Source of the DNA: Candidatus Zhuqueibacterota bacterium
Lineage (GTDB): Bacteria > Zhuqueibacterota > QNDG01 > JABMRT01
Length of the DNA: 64,000 nucleotides
NCBI GenBank assembly: GCA_013202295.1
Contig: JABMRT010000101.1
Span: 3,241-67,240, forward strand
Reading direction: 5' to 3'
The position numbers and the translations under genes are program-made. Each line of letters opens with the position of its first letter. Within the stretch, counting starts at the first letter, position 1. Under the pieces are notes generated by a model. The model was not told the DNA's origin. It did not search any database and saw only the letters and a list, made by a program, of their open reading frames with translations. This document shows, in pieces, positions 62,901 to 64,000 of the stretch.

Positions 62901-63445
62901 CCTTTGATCTGATGGAAGATGAAATGGTAGTTGGGTTTACGTATAGGGAAAACAAAACCTGGCTCGCCACGCTTTTCACATTCAATTTCAGAGATCTCAC
63001 TGTGGACGTAATGCCTAATCCCGGCGATGTATTCCGGATCGACTGTATCCGGCCCTTCACCGCAACTGACACTGTGCTGTTCAAAGTCATCCCCACGGAT
63101 GAGCTGGACAAGGAACGCGTTGAAAATCTGGACAAGATTGTGGTCGTGCCCAATCCCTACATCATGACAAACAGCATGGAACCGGCCGTGAGAAACAACG
63201 CACTTAATCAACGGCGGCGCCTGATGTTCAAAAATATCCCCGCCACCTGCACAATCAAGATTTTTACCATGAGCGGCTATCTGGTAGATACCATTGAAGT
63301 CTCCAATCCGGATGACAATGGTATTATACACTGGGATCTGCTCACCAAAGAAAATCTGGAAATCGCTGCGGGAGTTTACGTGTATCATATCAAATCCCAC
63401 AAGACGGGTGATGAAAAAGTGGGCAAATTCGCGGTGATCAAATAA
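59972..63445 (+). CDS. Large (1157 aa) secreted protein with thrombospondin-type-3/dockerin-like Ca-binding Asp-rich repeats and T9SS-type C-terminal sorting domain
   Basis: Signal peptide; DNDKDGITDEKRD, DADEDQDWEDGNDINGNGIYDSGE, DDVGLDGIAPGEENYPGPDADG; C-term VVPNPYIMTNS...CTIKIFTMSGYLVDTIEV...GVYVYHIK. Confidence 0.7.
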   Translation: MIKRIIWTILMLTLIGTGLIQGQGREYEGPIDPAGDQAGIRESHMTGNRFHLYFNNQGRQGHWPFLDGSRFPGNSQKGLDLFDSNILIVGARVYIEQDTIPVTDMNDIQSRAPGELDTLYYCLSGRTDHAIDMSPDGTVEWGFQPVFGYFNVSSESPAMSTDPNSWPPEGWPSTGLERQWAGQWKGRFGPYSYAHLESYYVMNDAQDQENLQPDLPARYSPRAESNFKIGDIRPEVTTQYGLPWGGVGIRVATRGYQWDNPQTRDIIFWEYDVTNVSDYNLPEVVFGFLMDLGVGHFFQNSDGEDDVGSFNDELDLSYCWDLNGEGYSSYLVGTLGFAFLESPGLPEDQVDNDKDGITDEKRDNKATQLVDPYYHITNLQDFLDAYSLTEELLKEHWDADEDQDWEDGNDINGNGIYDSGELAGDDVGLDGIAPGEENYPGPDADGTEGNHKPDYIEGVNAEPNFAITDVSESDMLGLTSFHLFLHHQGGERWVTHDETCYDHLTDGILDDAYSDPTNLNQSFSSGTFMLPHGRTERISMAVIASFENLATLNDERIAPIQFERKKVVQTIYEADYRFARPPIMPLLTATPSDGRVLLSWDNRSDRDTRESLLNGENDFEGYRLYKSTDINFSDAEVLRDGFGNPAGKLPIFMCDIKNDYFGFTDFAYVEGEGYYLGDNTGIQHYYIDENVDNGRTYYYYLTAYDHGIEIMDIAPSENVATIIQDENEVITFNTPNVAIVTPRPPVNDYIAPEIELLTNMEDIVGTGTVTVDVAAPQDMKENHTYKLSFIIDSLSRNPRIPEDLEYMNSGFRIYDLTEDTLVYEENPEHFVRINILSEQTSATQIRYYLNDLREVRSDIFDGLQLRLNDLTKESVWDSLGGTGWIQGFAPMTVEINRSKIARFPWQYDLVFTTEEEGYTPQYTGRWIQDAENDRIDGTIFKEQMLPFYVENKFYTDTSTGEFKKLEVICVDANENETFDLMEDEMVVGFTYRENKTWLATLFTFNFRDLTVDVMPNPGDVFRIDCIRPFTATDTVLFKVIPTDELDKERVENLDKIVVVPNPYIMTNSMEPAVRNNALNQRRRLMFKNIPATCTIKIFTMSGYLVDTIEVSNPDDNGIIHWDLLTKENLEIAAGVYVYHIKSHKTGDEKVGKFAVIK

Positions 63446-63457
63446 AGGGGTATGACA

Positions 63458-64000
63458 ATGAAAATACATATTAAAATTATTGGAATCATTCTGATCAGCC
63501 TGCCGCTCCTGGCCCAGCAACCTATTCGCGTGGGTACCACTGCCGCCGAATTTCTGTCGATTGGGTACGGCGCCGTGGGATGCGCGATGGGAGACGCCTA
63601 TGTCAGTGTGGTGGATGACGTCTCTGGAATTTACTGGAATCCGGGCGGTTTGGCCTTCATGGATCAGAGCCAAACGATGTTCACCTATCAGCCATGGTTC
63701 GCAGATATTAACACATTCTTCGCCGCAACCGGATTGGTACTGCCCGGTGTCGGAAATATTGCCATCGGCGTCATCGGTGTCGATTATGGCGAAATGGATG
63801 TAATCACGGTTGAAGATCAAGATGGCACGGGTGAAATGTTCTCAGTACGGGATTTCGCATTCAATCTATCATACAGTCGAAGGCTGGCCCAGTGGTTCGG
63901 TTTTGGTGCGACTGCCAAATATATTTCTTCGAGTATCTGGCATGAAACCGCTTCTGCGTTTGCGTTTGACATGGGCGTAATCATCAAAACCGCTTTCTTC
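63458..64000 (+). CDS. PorV/LptO-family-like outer-membrane beta-barrel protein (partial, continues beyond window)
   Basis: Signal peptide then GTTAAEFLSIGYGAVGCAMGDAYVSVVDDVSGIYWNPGGLAF matching PorV/UPF0164 N-terminal consensus (G.saa.FL.iG.gARa.amGgAf.A.adDasa.ywNPAgLa). Confidence 0.55.
   Translation, partial: MKIHIKIIGIILISLPLLAQQPIRVGTTAAEFLSIGYGAVGCAMGDAYVSVVDDVSGIYWNPGGLAFMDQSQTMFTYQPWFADINTFFAATGLVLPGVGNIAIGVIGVDYGEMDVITVEDQDGTGEMFSVRDFAFNLSYSRRLAQWFGFGATAKYISSSIWHETASAFAFDMGVIIKTAFF

Noticed and set aside
62843-63820. 325-aa minus-strand ORF overlapping the 3' end of the 1157-aa gene and the PorV-like start
   Set aside because: Antisense to two well-supported genes (sorting-domain terminus and PorV N-terminal consensus). 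Composition typical of antisense frame.

Overview
This 64-kb window looks like a glycan-utilisation region from a T9SS-bearing FCB-group bacterium (Bacteroidota-like lineage, not necessarily Bacteroidetes). Nine predicted proteins, including several CAZymes, end in the conserved ~80-aa C-terminal sorting domain (NYPNPFNP...ISY.L....V.L.VY...G..V..L). From left to right:

- **Coordinates 1-18,740, minus strand, cAMP-linked genes:** a trio opens the window, consisting of a GAF protein, a class-III cyclase with unusual topology, and a cNMP-binding-acylating aldehyde dehydrogenase fusion.
- **Same span, glycoside-utilisation gene string:** this contains a GH2, a LacZ-type GH2 with CHB_HEX_C and PA14 extensions, another GH2, a YdjC deacetylase, a PhoD-like phosphatase and a sugar-phosphate isomerase. 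A short palindromic REP-like element occurs three times just 3' of the GH2 genes. One copy lies inside a diverged ~320-bp tandem duplication that left a PA14 pseudogene fragment.
- **Middle of the window, regulatory modules and housekeeping-type genes:** there is a BlaI repressor with a BlaR1-N/TonB-C sensor that is apparently frameshifted. There are two ECF sigma/anti-sigma pairs, one followed by a DUF4097 repeat adhesin. A ROK kinase, RarD, GH5, TatD and a creatininase follow.
- **Middle of the window, paralogous secreted proteins:** two T9SS cargo genes share a near-identical C-terminal module and carry an internal Fn3 tandem repeat.
- **Coordinates ~42.3-45.1 kb, low-GC island:** this carries a ToxR/CadC-like membrane regulator and a 580-bp AT-rich intergenic region with paired TTCAC repeats and palindromes. 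A LacI-family ligand-binding protein lacking any HTH also sits here.
- **Downstream plus-strand cluster:** T9SS-sorted CBM proteins, a beta-helix enzyme, a GH28-like protein and CE2-like, SGNH and CE7 esterases. The SGNH gene is broken at an A6 homopolymer.
- **End of the window:** a TonB-dependent receptor, a 1157-aa Ca-binding T9SS cargo protein and a PorV-like gene.

No rRNA, tRNA or CRISPR features were seen.
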